In this document: piece after piece, positions 1 to 9,762 of the stretch
Numbering within the stretch: position 1 is the stretch's first letter
How the letters are laid out: every line of letters begins with the position of its first letter
The notes under the pieces: generated by a model
Told to the model about the DNA's origin: nothing
Database searches by the model: none
Seen by the model: only the letters and a program-made list of their open reading frames with translations
IMG/VR virus record: IMGVR_UViG_3300000115_000005
DNA: 64,000 nucleotides
Source: a virus
Strand: one strand, 5' to 3'
Translations under genes and position numbers: made by a program

Positions 1-129
1 AATTGCAAATGGTGTGGGTACTTGATGAATGTGGGGATTTTTTTCGAGTAGGGTTTCTCGGCGAGAATTAGATATAAAATCTTCAAAAAATTCGCCGGTA
101 TCTTCATTGTGAAATAGGTATGTTGGCAT
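1..129 (-). CDS. FmdB-like small protein, 5' part only (runs off window start)
   Basis: Manual translation MPTYLFHNEDTGEFFEDFISNSRRETLLEKNPHIHQVPTPFAI; MPTY start typical of T4-like FmdB-family ORFs. Confidence 0.55.
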   Translation of the reverse strand, partial: MPTYLFHNEDTGEFFEDFISNSRRETLLEKNPHIHQVPTPFAI

Positions 130-679
130 TATATTTATTTAGTCCTTCAGTATACCAAGATGGTATTTCTCTTTTAGTCCACTTGGCGAAATAATTTTTC
201 TTCTCTATGTAATACTTATGATACGATCCTAGAGAATCACCGGTAATTTTACACTCTTCTGGCATCGCTGGTGTAGGCGGTGTAAATTTACCCTTTGGTA
301 TATTCTTTGGTGCCTCTACTAAATCCATCAACAATCTCATGCAAGAATGTATCTTACCATATCTATATGTATATTCTCTATTTAAGTGATACCACATTTT
401 CCAGAGCCACATATAATTTTCTCTTGATTTTCTTAACCAAATATTTGATGGGTGATTTTCATGAACAGCCAACATAAGTTTCTGGTCTCTTTCATCAAGT
501 AATTTAAACCTTCTTAATTTACGACCATTTTTAGACTTATCAAAAAACAACTCACCATCTAATACTCGGTGAGTTGTTGATAAGAGTTGAGCATATTCTA
601 TAATCATCTTTACAACGTGCTTATCACAATGTAATCTAGCACACTCTTGAGGATCTTTGTGTAAATAAAATATGTTCAT
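104..679 (-). CDS. Pyrimidine-dimer DNA glycosylase (DenV/Pyr_excise)-like protein
   Basis: MNIFYL...HCDKHVVKMIIEYAQLLST and HPSNIW motifs; start moved to ATG at 679. Confidence 0.7.
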   Translation of the reverse strand: MNIFYLHKDPQECARLHCDKHVVKMIIEYAQLLSTTHRVLDGELFFDKSKNGRKLRRFKLLDERDQKLMLAVHENHPSNIWLRKSRENYMWLWKMWYHLNREYTYRYGKIHSCMRLLMDLVEAPKNIPKGKFTPPTPAMPEECKITGDSLGSYHKYYIEKKNYFAKWTKREIPSWYTEGLNKYNANIPISQ

Positions 680-680
680 T

Positions 681-1274
681 TTATGTAACATCTCCATTAT
701 TGATCTTTTCAATAGAATTTTCTAACTCTTTAAACTTTTCGGTACTTTCAAGCTTAGCCTTGAGTTTCTTATTGCGGTTGATTTGCTGAAGTATGAGTTT
801 ATTCGATAAAGAAGAATTATACTTGAGCTTTACAAAAGCACGATAACCAGCTTTCTCATGTACCACTTTAAAGCCAGTTCTTTGTACACCAACAAGATTA
901 ACTCTTGATATAACCAACTTAGTAGTTCTGTTTATATCATTGGCGGTTGAAATGTCAACATCACCTAACTCTGATGTAAAATCTTTCATCATTGCTTCTA
1001 CATGGGAAGAAAAGTTTGATGCCAGTTCTCGTTTAGCTGATAACATCGCTTTATCTACTGAAAACTGAAAATCATTTGAAAACTCAGTAGCTACTGCATG
1101 GAGATTATCTTCATCTGCTTCGAGTTTGTCGTACCAATCTGGATAGTTTACTTGATCGCCTTGATCACCACCGCCAAACTCTGGCGCTTTGAATTCTAGA
1201 CCTGTATCATACTTTATACTACTACAAGCAGATAGAGCTAGTATTAGGGGTAAAATTATTAATGCTTTATTCAT
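681..1274 (-). CDS. Lipoprotein (LPP20-like)
   Basis: Signal peptide with lipobox LSAC; YPDWY...A...AKRELA pattern. Confidence 0.6.
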   Translation of the reverse strand: MNKALIILPLILALSACSSIKYDTGLEFKAPEFGGGDQGDQVNYPDWYDKLEADEDNLHAVATEFSNDFQFSVDKAMLSAKRELASNFSSHVEAMMKDFTSELGDVDISTANDINRTTKLVISRVNLVGVQRTGFKVVHEKAGYRAFVKLKYNSSLSNKLILQQINRNKKLKAKLESTEKFKELENSIEKINNGDVT

Positions 1275-1432
1275 CTTATATCCTTTCCAAAAAGGGTTAC
1301 ATCTTCCTTACCAATTTCTTTTATATATTTACCAGCTGCATTTAAATCATCGCCAGCACCATCTACTGCACCACCTATTGTGCCACAACCAATTAAGGAT
1401 AGTGAACACAAGATCATCATAATATACTTCAT
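1271..1432 (-). CDS. Entericidin EcnA/B-like small lipoprotein (53 aa, not in ORF track)
   Basis: MKYIMMILCSLSLIGCGTIGGAVDGAGDDLNAAGKYIKE...; lipobox LIGC followed by a T..G...GAGDD...AG pattern; ATGA overlap with the next gene. Confidence 0.6.
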   Translation of the reverse strand: MKYIMMILCSLSLIGCGTIGGAVDGAGDDLNAAGKYIKEIGKEDVTLFGKDIR

Positions 1433-1434
1433 AA

Positions 1435-2196
1435 TTACCTCACAATTTCAGTTGAATGATAAACAACACGCCTTTGTAATACAGGTATATTTTCTACAAA
1501 TTTCTGTATCTCATTATGAGTATATGCCTGTTTTACTGGAATGTCAACCTCTAAAAACAAAAACATCAATCTTTCTTTAGACAAATCTTTACCTTCAGGT
1601 AATTTTGCGATTATTTTTTTACCATTGTTAGGTATTTTGAATTGACTACCTACTTTGTTTACAGTAGTTTCATAAAACTTTGTATAAACGGTGTCAGATT
1701 GATGAAAAACAATAACCTTACCTTTTTTATTTGCAACACCTACAAATTGTATATCTTCATTATTTTTAAATTGAAAAGAATCATTTTGTATATAAAAGAC
1801 TGTTTGATTTCTTACCTCATCAACTTCAGCTTGAATCGTTACAATACAAGATGATTTACCTTGCTCAATAATTCTTTCAATTTTTCTAGAAATAATCTTT
1901 CGTATAGCACCAGTTAGAGTGTTAGCAAAATCTCTGGTCGTATCACAATTTTCATTGTTACAACTTTGTACTTCCATCAGTTCAACAATCTCACCAACTT
2001 TCCCTAAAATGGCAGCTTCTTTAGCTCTTTCTTCGGCTAATGAACAAGCCAAATTTTCTGAAGTTTCAGGACCAAAATAATAAATGCCTTGAGCTTCAAT
2101 AGAATTTTTTGATTTAGCCATTGGCCATTCTGAATATTCAGAGGCAAGAGCACCTGTAGCTATTGTCATAGCCAGAGCAATAGAAGCTAGTTTCAT
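1435..2196 (-). CDS. Secreted hypothetical protein
   Basis: N-terminal signal peptide (ALA), several Cys. Confidence 0.6.
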   Translation of the reverse strand: MKLASIALAMTIATGALASEYSEWPMAKSKNSIEAQGIYYFGPETSENLACSLAEERAKEAAILGKVGEIVELMEVQSCNNENCDTTRDFANTLTGAIRKIISRKIERIIEQGKSSCIVTIQAEVDEVRNQTVFYIQNDSFQFKNNEDIQFVGVANKKGKVIVFHQSDTVYTKFYETTVNKVGSQFKIPNNGKKIIAKLPEGKDLSKERLMFLFLEVDIPVKQAYTHNEIQKFVENIPVLQRRVVYHSTEIVR

Positions 2197-2648
2197 TATA
2201 TAACCCTCTCTTCTACTGTTTCTACTGTTTCATCAGTTTTCAAAGCATCAGTTAATTGAGCATTCAAATCAGTTAATTTTTCAATCTTTGGACTTTTAGT
2301 CTTAGGTCGAAACTTTTTGTTTGTGGTTACTGGTACGTCAATGAAAGTTTGACTAGCATCCATAATACCCATTACTTTGAGTCTGTCCGCAACCTCATTC
2401 ACATTACATAATTCATAAGCAATAACTTTTCGCTTTGTTTCTGGTGTGTCACCACGAATACTTCTTACAACACCATTCACATTCACTTTAATATGCCAAA
2501 TGTATGTTGATAATCTGTACATATGAATTTGATCAGACATAGTAGCTACTATTTCGTCTACTGTAACTCTGGATCTACCTTTTTCGTTTTTGTTATTAAA
2601 AAACAAAATAAGTAGTTTTTGATACGGTTTGTATTTAACTTTCGCCAT
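2196..2648 (-). CDS. Hypothetical protein, possibly DNA-binding
   Basis: ORF with GAGGTGA RBS, directly downstream of an early promoter. Confidence 0.55.
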   Translation of the reverse strand: MAKVKYKPYQKLLILFFNNKNEKGRSRVTVDEIVATMSDQIHMYRLSTYIWHIKVNVNGVVRSIRGDTPETKRKVIAYELCNVNEVADRLKVMGIMDASQTFIDVPVTTNKKFRPKTKSPKIEKLTDLNAQLTDALKTDETVETVEERVI

Positions 2649-2681
2649 TTAAATCACCTCATAGTTATAATGTATTCTTCT

Positions 2682-2710
2682 ATAATGCAGGTATACTGCC
2701 CAATTGTCAA
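2682..2710 (-). promoter_or_regulatory. Early sigma70-type promoter
   Basis: TTGACA-17 nt (ATTGGGCAGT...)-CATTAT. Confidence 0.6.
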
Positions 2711-2713
2711 GCA

Positions 2714-3010
2714 TTATCTTCTCATATTTGCCTGATCTTTTGCTTCTTCATCCGTAAAAATAGGCACAGCGTTGCTTTTATGCAACGTACCAATGCCTTT
2801 CATATTACTACCAGTATAAACTTGATTGTCTTTTTTAACAGCCACACCTGCACCAGAATTGAGAGATGGATGTCTGTAAGTCTGCCTAGGAGGGCAGATT
2901 GATGTATCAATAGGAGATTTACGAGCTATTAATTTGACTTTTTTAGTCTTGTTTTTTAATAACATCTTTCTAGTCTTTTTAGACCATCTTTGACCTGTGT
3001 GAAACATCAT
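2714..3010 (-). CDS. Conserved T4-like phage hypothetical protein
   Basis: GIGTLHKSNAVPIF motif; start reassigned to ATG at 3010 after GAGG. Confidence 0.65.
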   Translation of the reverse strand: MMFHTGQRWSKKTRKMLLKNKTKKVKLIARKSPIDTSICPPRQTYRHPSLNSGAGVAVKKDNQVYTGSNMKGIGTLHKSNAVPIFTDEEAKDQANMRR

Positions 3011-3029
3011 AATATATTTAATCCTCAAT

Positions 3030-3290
3030 AAAAAATAAAATGTTTGTTGGAGGCTCACCAAGACTAAGAATCGTCATTCAACTTGTATTACTACTCCAAC
3101 AAACAAAAAAAAGTTTCGTAGTTAGGTATTGTCTTGGCCTCTTAAGAAGGAGATTTTTCGTCCTCCGCCGACAACTTTTTATCTCAAACAGTTGTTACTA
3201 CTATGTTTCTACCTAACTACCATTTCGATTTATCTGACTTGATATGCTTGATTTAAGACTTACAATCTTTTAGAACTATCTCAACTGTTA
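3030..3290 (-). ncRNA. Candidate structured ncRNA locus 1 (two stem-closed modules)
   Basis: Perfect inverted repeats at 3118-3128/3210-3220 (11 bp) and 3041-3052/3094-3105 (12 bp), each followed by a U-tract on the minus strand; no credible ORF; promoter directly upstream. Confidence 0.55.
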
Positions 3291-3295
3291 AAACC

Positions 3296-3324
3296 ATTTT
3301 ATAGGCATATTGATGAAATGTCAA
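3296..3324 (-). promoter_or_regulatory. Early sigma70-type promoter
   Basis: TTGACA-17-TAAAAT. Confidence 0.8.
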
Positions 3325-3353
3325 CAGCTAATTTATGTTGTATTTTTGCAACA

Positions 3354-3533
3354 TTACCCTTGCAATAAACCTCTATGGTCAGTCTGTTCAAAAATTTGTC
3401 TACCTTTATCATCAAATTTTAATTTTAATAAATCCGATATTTCATTTTGTAACTCACTTACACCAGCTCTTGATGTAGAGATTTGACTATAAAGTTCATT
3501 TATTCTTTGATCGACCTCGGCTTTAGTTTTCAT
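3354..3533 (-). CDS. Small coiled-coil hypothetical protein (59 aa)
   Basis: Manual translation MKTKAEVDQRINELYSQISTSRAGVSELQNEISDLLK...; AGGAGG upstream. Confidence 0.55.
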   Translation of the reverse strand: MKTKAEVDQRINELYSQISTSRAGVSELQNEISDLLKLKFDDKGRQIFEQTDHRGLLQG

Positions 3534-3659
3534 ACCTTACTTCCTCCTTAAAATTTTTGTATGTTGATTTATCATGATGTTTCATTTTCTCATGTTTTAC
3601 AACTTCAGATTTTTGTGTAAGTTTTGTTCTTTTGGTTTTTAATATTTTTTGTTGACTAA

Positions 3660-4220
3660 TCATTTGTGCCTTCCTAAAATGTGATCTATAACTTTATTCT
3701 CAAATGCTTGTTGAGGTGACATATAAAAGTCACTAGGTAATAAAAATTTTTTATTAATTAATGTTTTATCCACACCAGCATTTTCTAGTATATTATATGT
3801 TCGATCTTTAATACTTTCGTTTTCTTTCACCCAAGATTTTATGTCATGATATTTTGCATTGATTTCATTTGAAAATTCATGACACATTAAAGTTGTTAAA
3901 GGACAAGAGTATCTATGGCCTTTGGTACCTGATATAAGAATATAAAAAGCAGCTGAACAAGCTGAACTAACTGCTATGGTCTTTACGTTATGTGGTGATG
4001 TATACATCATATCAATAATACCAAAAGCGTCAATCAAACTACCACCATCTGAGCTAATGTATATCGACAATTCTTTTTTTATTTTTTTATCTGTATTGTG
4101 GTAAATTAACCAGCGTATTAATTCATTTGCTGAATCTGAAGTTATTTCTCCGTTTAGAAAATATATATTTCTTTCTAATAACGTCTTTTCAATGTCATCA
4201 TTATCTTTATCTTTTGACAT
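3660..4220 (-). CDS. clpP: ClpP-like serine protease
   Basis: RNIYFLNGEI, IYISSDGG, ACSAA (Ser), MCHE (His), DFYMSPQQA (Asp). Confidence 0.85.
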   Translation of the reverse strand: MSKDKDNDDIEKTLLERNIYFLNGEITSDSANELIRWLIYHNTDKKIKKELSIYISSDGGSLIDAFGIIDMMYTSPHNVKTIAVSSACSAAFYILISGTKGHRYSCPLTTLMCHEFSNEINAKYHDIKSWVKENESIKDRTYNILENAGVDKTLINKKFLLPSDFYMSPQQAFENKVIDHILGRHK

Positions 4221-5145
4221 TCTTTTTGTGCCAATCGTATGCTGTTCGTATTATCTCAACAATATCATAATTTGGTCGAAAATTTAAAATATCACTAGCC
4301 TTTGAAATATCTGCGACTAAGTTAGATGGGTCACCTTTTCTTTTTTTACCTATTTCGTATCTTATATCTAACCTGCAATAATCTCTAATTAGTGCTATAA
4401 TTTCTTTTATAGAATACCCAGCACCAAACCCTAAATTAAAAGTGTCAGACTTACCACCTTTATTAAGGTAATCTCTAGCACTTAGATGTGCTTTTGCTAT
4501 ATCAGTTACATGAACATAGTCACGAACACAGGTGCCATCAGATGTATTATAGGTATCTCCGTTTATCACAAAGTTATTTATTTTATTAAAAATTACTGGT
4601 ATTAGATGAGTTTCTGGTTCATGACATTCACCCATTTCACCATCTGGATCTGCACCAGCAAGATTGAAAAAACGAAATATTACATGATTCAGCCCAGAAT
4701 CACGAATAAGACTTTCAGCAGCTATTTTGGTATTTGCATATGGATTATTAAACGCTATATCGTCAGTTTCTTTTAGAGGTCTATCTTTTGCCTTATAGAC
4801 ACCAGCACTTGATGAATAAACTATATTTTTTACACCAAATACCTTCATAAACTTAATTAACTGTATAGTACCATTAACATTATCTTCCCAAAATTGTATA
4901 AGTTGGTCATACGATTCACTAATTTCTATTCGACCAGCTAAATGAAAAACCGTATCAACACCAGATCGTAGAATCGGTACTAATTCTCTTGGTTCTTTAC
5001 TAAGGTCTTGAATAACTTTTCTGTGATAGTATTTACAGTCAGTATTTTCCTTATCTAAACATATAACAAAATGACCAGCTTGATTTAATTCTTTTGCTAT
5101 GTGTTTACCAAGATAACCTGCACCACCTGTAACTAAAACTCTCAT
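4207..5145 (-). CDS. galE: UDP-glucose 4-epimerase
   Basis: TGGAGYLG, YANTK, FFNLAGADP, PETHLIP, DGTCVRDYVHV. Confidence 0.92.
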   Translation of the reverse strand: MRVLVTGGAGYLGKHIAKELNQAGHFVICLDKENTDCKYYHRKVIQDLSKEPRELVPILRSGVDTVFHLAGRIEISESYDQLIQFWEDNVNGTIQLIKFMKVFGVKNIVYSSSAGVYKAKDRPLKETDDIAFNNPYANTKIAAESLIRDSGLNHVIFRFFNLAGADPDGEMGECHEPETHLIPVIFNKINNFVINGDTYNTSDGTCVRDYVHVTDIAKAHLSARDYLNKGGKSDTFNLGFGAGYSIKEIIALIRDYCRLDIRYEIGKKRKGDPSNLVADISKASDILNFRPNYDIVEIIRTAYDWHKKNVKR

Positions 5146-5645
5146 GAGTCCCTAAGTGAAGTAATTGGTTTTTTAACTGGCCACCAAATGTTGTGAGCTT
5201 CTTCATCATTCCAACGAATTGTAAATTGATTATTATAATTATGATAAGAGTCTAATTTATAACTAAACACAGCATGGTCAGACATAACAACATGACCATT
5301 ACCAAATTTAGGTGGTATTAGAACCTGTTTTTTATTTGCATCTGATAATGTGAAAGATGCCCATTGTTTATACTGAGGTGACTCTGGATCATTATTTAAA
5401 ACAACAAGGTAAATAGAACCATATAAACATGAAACAAGTTTAGTTGTACAATCATCACCGTGTATACCACGCAAAACGTGTTTTCTTGATGAACTTATAC
5501 TATCAACAACCCAATCTCTTACTACTATGGTTTCTTCATACACCTTTTTATTAAAAGACTCTATATTGTGTCCTCTAAAATCTTCAAATATAGCTGGTGG
5601 TGTAAGTACAAAAACATTATTTAATTCTGTGAAATCAACTTGCAT
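5142..5645 (-). CDS. rmlC: dTDP-4-dehydrorhamnose 3,5-epimerase family protein
   Basis: FEDFRG, VLRGIH, IPPKFGNGH, IRWND. Confidence 0.85.
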   Translation of the reverse strand: MQVDFTELNNVFVLTPPAIFEDFRGHNIESFNKKVYEETIVVRDWVVDSISSSRKHVLRGIHGDDCTTKLVSCLYGSIYLVVLNNDPESPQYKQWASFTLSDANKKQVLIPPKFGNGHVVMSDHAVFSYKLDSYHNYNNQFTIRWNDEEAHNIWWPVKKPITSLRDS

Positions 5646-5654
5646 AATATATTA

Positions 5655-6449
5655 TCACTTTATAATTGATATTTGTGGTCCAATGTGAGCTATTGTATCA
5701 ACTTCTTTTGTCCAAGGATATTTACCATTATATCTTTTTTTGTTTTGAGAGTTACCTTTATCAAAGAAATCTTTACCAACCGAATTGGGATTAGACTCAC
5801 CTTTACCTGTATTATTATCTAAGCGATAGCATAAGGTATGTTTATTCGTACAGGTATAATTTGGATATTGTAACTTCAAGTTGTGGAAAAATTGTCTATC
5901 AGCACCCCATTGCCCGTACCAAGAGTGTCCAATGCTAGTAGCAATATCACGCTTAACAATAAAAGATGAGGTGTCAATGTGATATACTTGATCATCAAAA
6001 TATACAGGCCATTTACCAAGGGATTCGCAATTATCTTCACATACAAACTTTTCATTCTGATCATAAATTTTTCGTAATGAGTACGCCCAATCTGCTCCAT
6101 CTTTTATTTTCTCCACTAATCGTTTTACATGATCTGGTTCAAACCAGTTATCTTCATCAAGATAACATATTAAATCAGCATTTACAAGAAAAGAACAGGC
6201 AGAATACGCTCTATGCCCATACCAACCTTTTCCAACATTATCTTGTAGTGATATTGTTTTAACTGGTATTTTAATTTCTTTTTTTAATCTTTCTCTATTT
6301 CCTATAGCCCATTCACAGGCGGATTTATGTTCTTCACCATCTATAAAAACATAATGAACTATGTCAAGATACTCTTGATTTTGTATTGATTCTAAACACG
6401 TTGTCAAACAATCTTGACCTATCGTTGGTGTAACTACGGCTACTTTCAT
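5655..6449 (-). CDS. Glycosyltransferase family 2
   Basis: VAVVTPT...SIQNQ, YLDEDNW DxD motif, GADR. Confidence 0.85.
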   Translation of the reverse strand: MKVAVVTPTIGQDCLTTCLESIQNQEYLDIVHYVFIDGEEHKSACEWAIGNRERLKKEIKIPVKTISLQDNVGKGWYGHRAYSACSFLVNADLICYLDEDNWFEPDHVKRLVEKIKDGADWAYSLRKIYDQNEKFVCEDNCESLGKWPVYFDDQVYHIDTSSFIVKRDIATSIGHSWYGQWGADRQFFHNLKLQYPNYTCTNKHTLCYRLDNNTGKGESNPNSVGKDFFDKGNSQNKKRYNGKYPWTKEVDTIAHIGPQISIIK

Positions 6450-6763
6450 AAATATTTTTTTCCTTTATCATCAATATAAATGATTTCATCACTTGGATAC
6501 CAACCTCTAACTTTGATTAGCAAATCCGTGACTGAATCATCATCATCATTAAAAAAATTAACCCCATTTACACTATCTATTTCTCTTACCACCTGAGCTC
6601 TATCATCCCACGGTATATGTGAGTGCTTTGAGTTTCTTTTCAACCAATTATCAGAATATATACCAACTATCAAATATTTACCATGTTTAGCAGATTCATC
6701 AAAAAAAGTAATATCAGCTGATGTGAGTGGATTAAATGCACCTGCAACAACAACTATCTTCAT
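6446..6763 (-). CDS. Cytidylyltransferase-like protein (HIGH motif degenerate)
   Basis: GAFNPL...LIVGIYSD...R..VV. Confidence 0.65.
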   Translation of the reverse strand: MKIVVVAGAFNPLTSADITFFDESAKHGKYLIVGIYSDNWLKRNSKHSHIPWDDRAQVVREIDSVNGVNFFNDDDDSVTDLLIKVRGWYPSDEIIYIDDKGKKYL

Positions 6764-7194
6764 ATAAGAATTTCCGGAAAGGCCTCTTGTACAAGTTTTT
6801 TGGTGAGATGTTTTACTTTTAAATCTTTATCAAATAAATGCACAAGGATTCTAGCTTCATCAGCGTGTAAAGATTCAAGAACAACTACTAAAAGTCTCCT
6901 TTGTTTCTCTTCAGTAAGTCCTGGAGCTCTTGATGGGTGGTTCTTTATAAATCTATAAAGTTTTGGTACCTCTAGATTTAAATAACTAAAATTTAAACCA
7001 GCTGGTTCTACTGCCGGTCTATAAGTTGATGGAAAGGACTCTTTATCGAATTCAATGTTAGGATTAAAAGCATATTCTAAAAAGTTAATAAATATTCTAT
7101 CACCAAATTTTCTAAGTAATCCTATTCTTTCTTTTTTAGTTTCACATTTATCAAAATCTTCAAATATCTCGGAATATAATTTTTCAGAACTCAT
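6760..7194 (-). CDS. Conserved T4-like hypothetical protein
   Basis: KLYRF...LESLHADEA...LVQEAFP pattern, typically found next to rnh. Confidence 0.65.
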   Translation of the reverse strand: MSSEKLYSEIFEDFDKCETKKERIGLLRKFGDRIFINFLEYAFNPNIEFDKESFPSTYRPAVEPAGLNFSYLNLEVPKLYRFIKNHPSRAPGLTEEKQRRLLVVVLESLHADEARILVHLFDKDLKVKHLTKKLVQEAFPEILI

Positions 7195-7215
7195 TTAAAC
7201 CTCTCATATTATACT

Positions 7216-8064
7216 TTAAAATTCATCAATAACTTCCAATAAATTTTTAAGTCTTTTCTTTATCATATAATTCATAAAGTGTTGTTTTGTTTTAACTTGA
7301 AATGTATCATAACTATGTAGTATCTTTTCCTTAAGCTCTTCAGGAACTTTTGATAAATCTATTAAAGTTTCATTTCTTGTATAATTACGATACATATCTT
7401 CATTGCAAAAATCTTTAGGATTTTCATTCAACCAATTAATAATCTTTTTATTTGTAATTGGCTTTTGGCGACCACCTGTAACAAATACATCATCAGCTGA
7501 AAGTATATTTGGTATACCATCAGTTTTATCACCACGAATAATCAACTGTTTTAATTGTAACTTAGGTAACTCTTCTTTAATATGTTTTTTTAATATTGGT
7601 GAAAACTGATCGACATTTTTAAATTTCTGTAATTGAGCAAAGTCTTTATCACTTGATAAAATCATGACCTTTTCATTAGATGAATATTTTGTAGCAAGTG
7701 TAGCTATAATATCATCTGCTTCACAGGTATCAATCTCAATTACTTTATATGGTGCATTTTCTTTCAGTTCATCACGAATTTTATTTAAACATTCAAATAT
7801 CATATTCCAATCATGGCCTGATGCTTCTCGAACTTTTTTTCTTGATGCCTTATAATTAGGAAATATTTGTTTACGCCAATAATTTCTATTATCGCAGGCA
7901 ATTATTATTTCAGGTCCATATGTTTTTTTAAATTTTTTCACATAAGTTCTAATTGTATTAAGTATCATGTGTCGGACAAGACCCTCTTCAACTTCTGTTT
8001 TAGAGTATCCTATTTGTTCCATCAAATTAGAGATGGCAACTTGGTTATAGTCGAATATTATCAT
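7216..8064 (-). CDS. rnh: T4-type RNase H (5'-3' exonuclease)
   Basis: YKASR, EADDII, SSDKDFAQL, GDKTDGIPN. Confidence 0.93.
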   Translation of the reverse strand: MIIFDYNQVAISNLMEQIGYSKTEVEEGLVRHMILNTIRTYVKKFKKTYGPEIIIACDNRNYWRKQIFPNYKASRKKVREASGHDWNMIFECLNKIRDELKENAPYKVIEIDTCEADDIIATLATKYSSNEKVMILSSDKDFAQLQKFKNVDQFSPILKKHIKEELPKLQLKQLIIRGDKTDGIPNILSADDVFVTGGRQKPITNKKIINWLNENPKDFCNEDMYRNYTRNETLIDLSKVPEELKEKILHSYDTFQVKTKQHFMNYMIKKRLKNLLEVIDEF

Positions 8065-8066
8065 TC

Positions 8067-8756
8067 TTATACCTTAACATTGGTTTTCTTAATTGTCAAG
8101 CTTTTTATCTTTGAACAATCTTCTATTACCGAATTATAATAGTCGACCATTTTTTTTAACTTTGATTTAGGCAAACCATATGCCTCTGTTAGTATTTCAT
8201 CTTTACCTAATAAAGCTTCTTCCCATTCTTCTTTTTCATTTTCAGCCCATTTCTTAATAAATCTAGTGTGCATGGATTTCATACCAAATTTTTTAAGAAT
8301 CTCTAAAGCAGATGGTTTTACTTGAAAATCAGAGTCCATTACTTCATCTACTTGGCCTTCTAACTCACCAATGCAATCATCAGCTTTCATTCTTAGTCGA
8401 TCTTGAATTGTTATTTTAGGCTTCTCTGGTTCTAGAATGGGATTGTCTTTTATTTTCTGTAAAAGTTCGTTTACATTACTATCATAATACTTCTGCCAAG
8501 AATCTGGTAGTTCTTTTTTATCTTCAAGCATACAACAAATATAGCCAAATCTTGGTGGCATAGTTTTTGCCTGTTCCGAGGCATTAACCTTATATTTTTT
8601 TTTCATATGTCCTTTGATACGATTAAAGGCAAATTTAGACGATTTTTCGGTGCTGTACCAACTCAAAAGTTGGTCCGCTTTTTTATCATCTAATTTACTT
8701 TGGCTTCTAGGTTTAACGATAGATCGTTTAATTTTTTTCATTTTTAGTGTACTCAT
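8067..8756 (-). CDS. Hypothetical protein
   Basis: Long ORF collinear with its neighbours. Confidence 0.6.
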   Translation of the reverse strand: MSTLKMKKIKRSIVKPRSQSKLDDKKADQLLSWYSTEKSSKFAFNRIKGHMKKKYKVNASEQAKTMPPRFGYICCMLEDKKELPDSWQKYYDSNVNELLQKIKDNPILEPEKPKITIQDRLRMKADDCIGELEGQVDEVMDSDFQVKPSALEILKKFGMKSMHTRFIKKWAENEKEEWEEALLGKDEILTEAYGLPKSKLKKMVDYYNSVIEDCSKIKSLTIKKTNVKV

Positions 8757-8781
8757 ATCAGGTATATAGAAAAAATATTAA

Positions 8782-8789
8782 CATAAATA
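8782..8789 (+). promoter_or_regulatory. Late promoter variant CATAAATA for the plus-strand island
   Basis: One mismatch to T4 TATAAATA, in the divergent intergenic gap. Confidence 0.5.
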
Positions 8790-8862
8790 ACAGCGTTGGT
8801 TGGGCAGAAGTGTTTGTCATGGGTTCATAATATATGACCTAAATTATTTTTGAGAGGCAAAC

Positions 8863-9417
8863 ATGATAGATCCGGTATCAGCGTTAGCGCTGGCAGGAGC
8901 TGCTTTTAATGGAGTAAAGAAGGCTGTACAGTTAGGACAAGATGTTCAAAATGTCTACAACCAGTTAAGTAAATGGGCTGGTCATGTGGCAGATGTACAT
9001 GAACATATGAGTCAAAATGAAACGGAGAATAAACCTGGTTTATTCGAGAAAATAGGTTTTGCTAAATCAGCAACTTCTGAAGCATTTGATCATATAATTG
9101 CAAAACAGAAGTTGCAGGAAATGGAGAAAGAAATTAAGCATATGTTTTATTGGGGAGCTTTACAACATTTAGGGGCTGATGGGTATAAGGAATTTATTTT
9201 TAAAAGGCGCCAGATAAAAGCCAGTAGAGAAAAACAAGTTTATGAACAGTTAAGAAGGCGAAAAAAGTTTCTTAGTATGGTTAAACACTCAGTAATTGGA
9301 GGCACAGCTATAATATTAACAGCATGGGCGATGTGGTGGTCAATAGGATTTATATTAAGTGCTCCAGCTTTTCAAGACCAAGAAAACAAAATTGTAGCAA
9401 GTTCGGAGAATAAGTAA
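8863..9417 (+). CDS. Phage protein with C-terminal TM helix
   Basis: MIDPVSALALA start, coiled region, C-terminal hydrophobic segment. Confidence 0.6.
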   Translation: MIDPVSALALAGAAFNGVKKAVQLGQDVQNVYNQLSKWAGHVADVHEHMSQNETENKPGLFEKIGFAKSATSEAFDHIIAKQKLQEMEKEIKHMFYWGALQHLGADGYKEFIFKRRQIKASREKQVYEQLRRRKKFLSMVKHSVIGGTAIILTAWAMWWSIGFILSAPAFQDQENKIVASSENK

Positions 9418-9762
9418 ATGGTAAAAGCCAAAACAACACAAGGAAAAAGATTACAACCAGGATCAGTATTAGAGAAATATGATATTGATGAAGATGGTGA
9501 AATAACAGACGCTGAAATAAAAGATATAAAAGAGATTGAAGATATTGAAAGAGCTAATAGAAGGCAAAAACATCAAAGAATGATGGCGTGGTATGCTTTA
9601 ATTGGAATGATAAGTTATCCAGCTTGTATTATGTTTTGTGAACTTATAGGTCTAACTAAATCAGCTGACTTACTTGCAACTATGGCTCCAACTTATTTTA
9701 TTGCGGCTGCTGGTGTTGCTGGTGCATTTATGGGTGTTACTGCTTGGATGAATAAAAAATGA
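9418..9762 (+). CDS. Membrane protein with EF-hand-like loop (holin-like topology)
   Basis: DIDEDGEITDAE loop, two TM segments. Confidence 0.55.
   Translation: MVKAKTTQGKRLQPGSVLEKYDIDEDGEITDAEIKDIKEIEDIERANRRQKHQRMMAWYALIGMISYPACIMFCELIGLTKSADLLATMAPTYFIAAAGVAGAFMGVTAWMNKK

Noticed and set aside
3011-3061. Upstream extension of the 115-aa ORF
   Set aside because: Starts at TTG inside a stem-loop; the GAGG RBS supports ATG at 3010/3007
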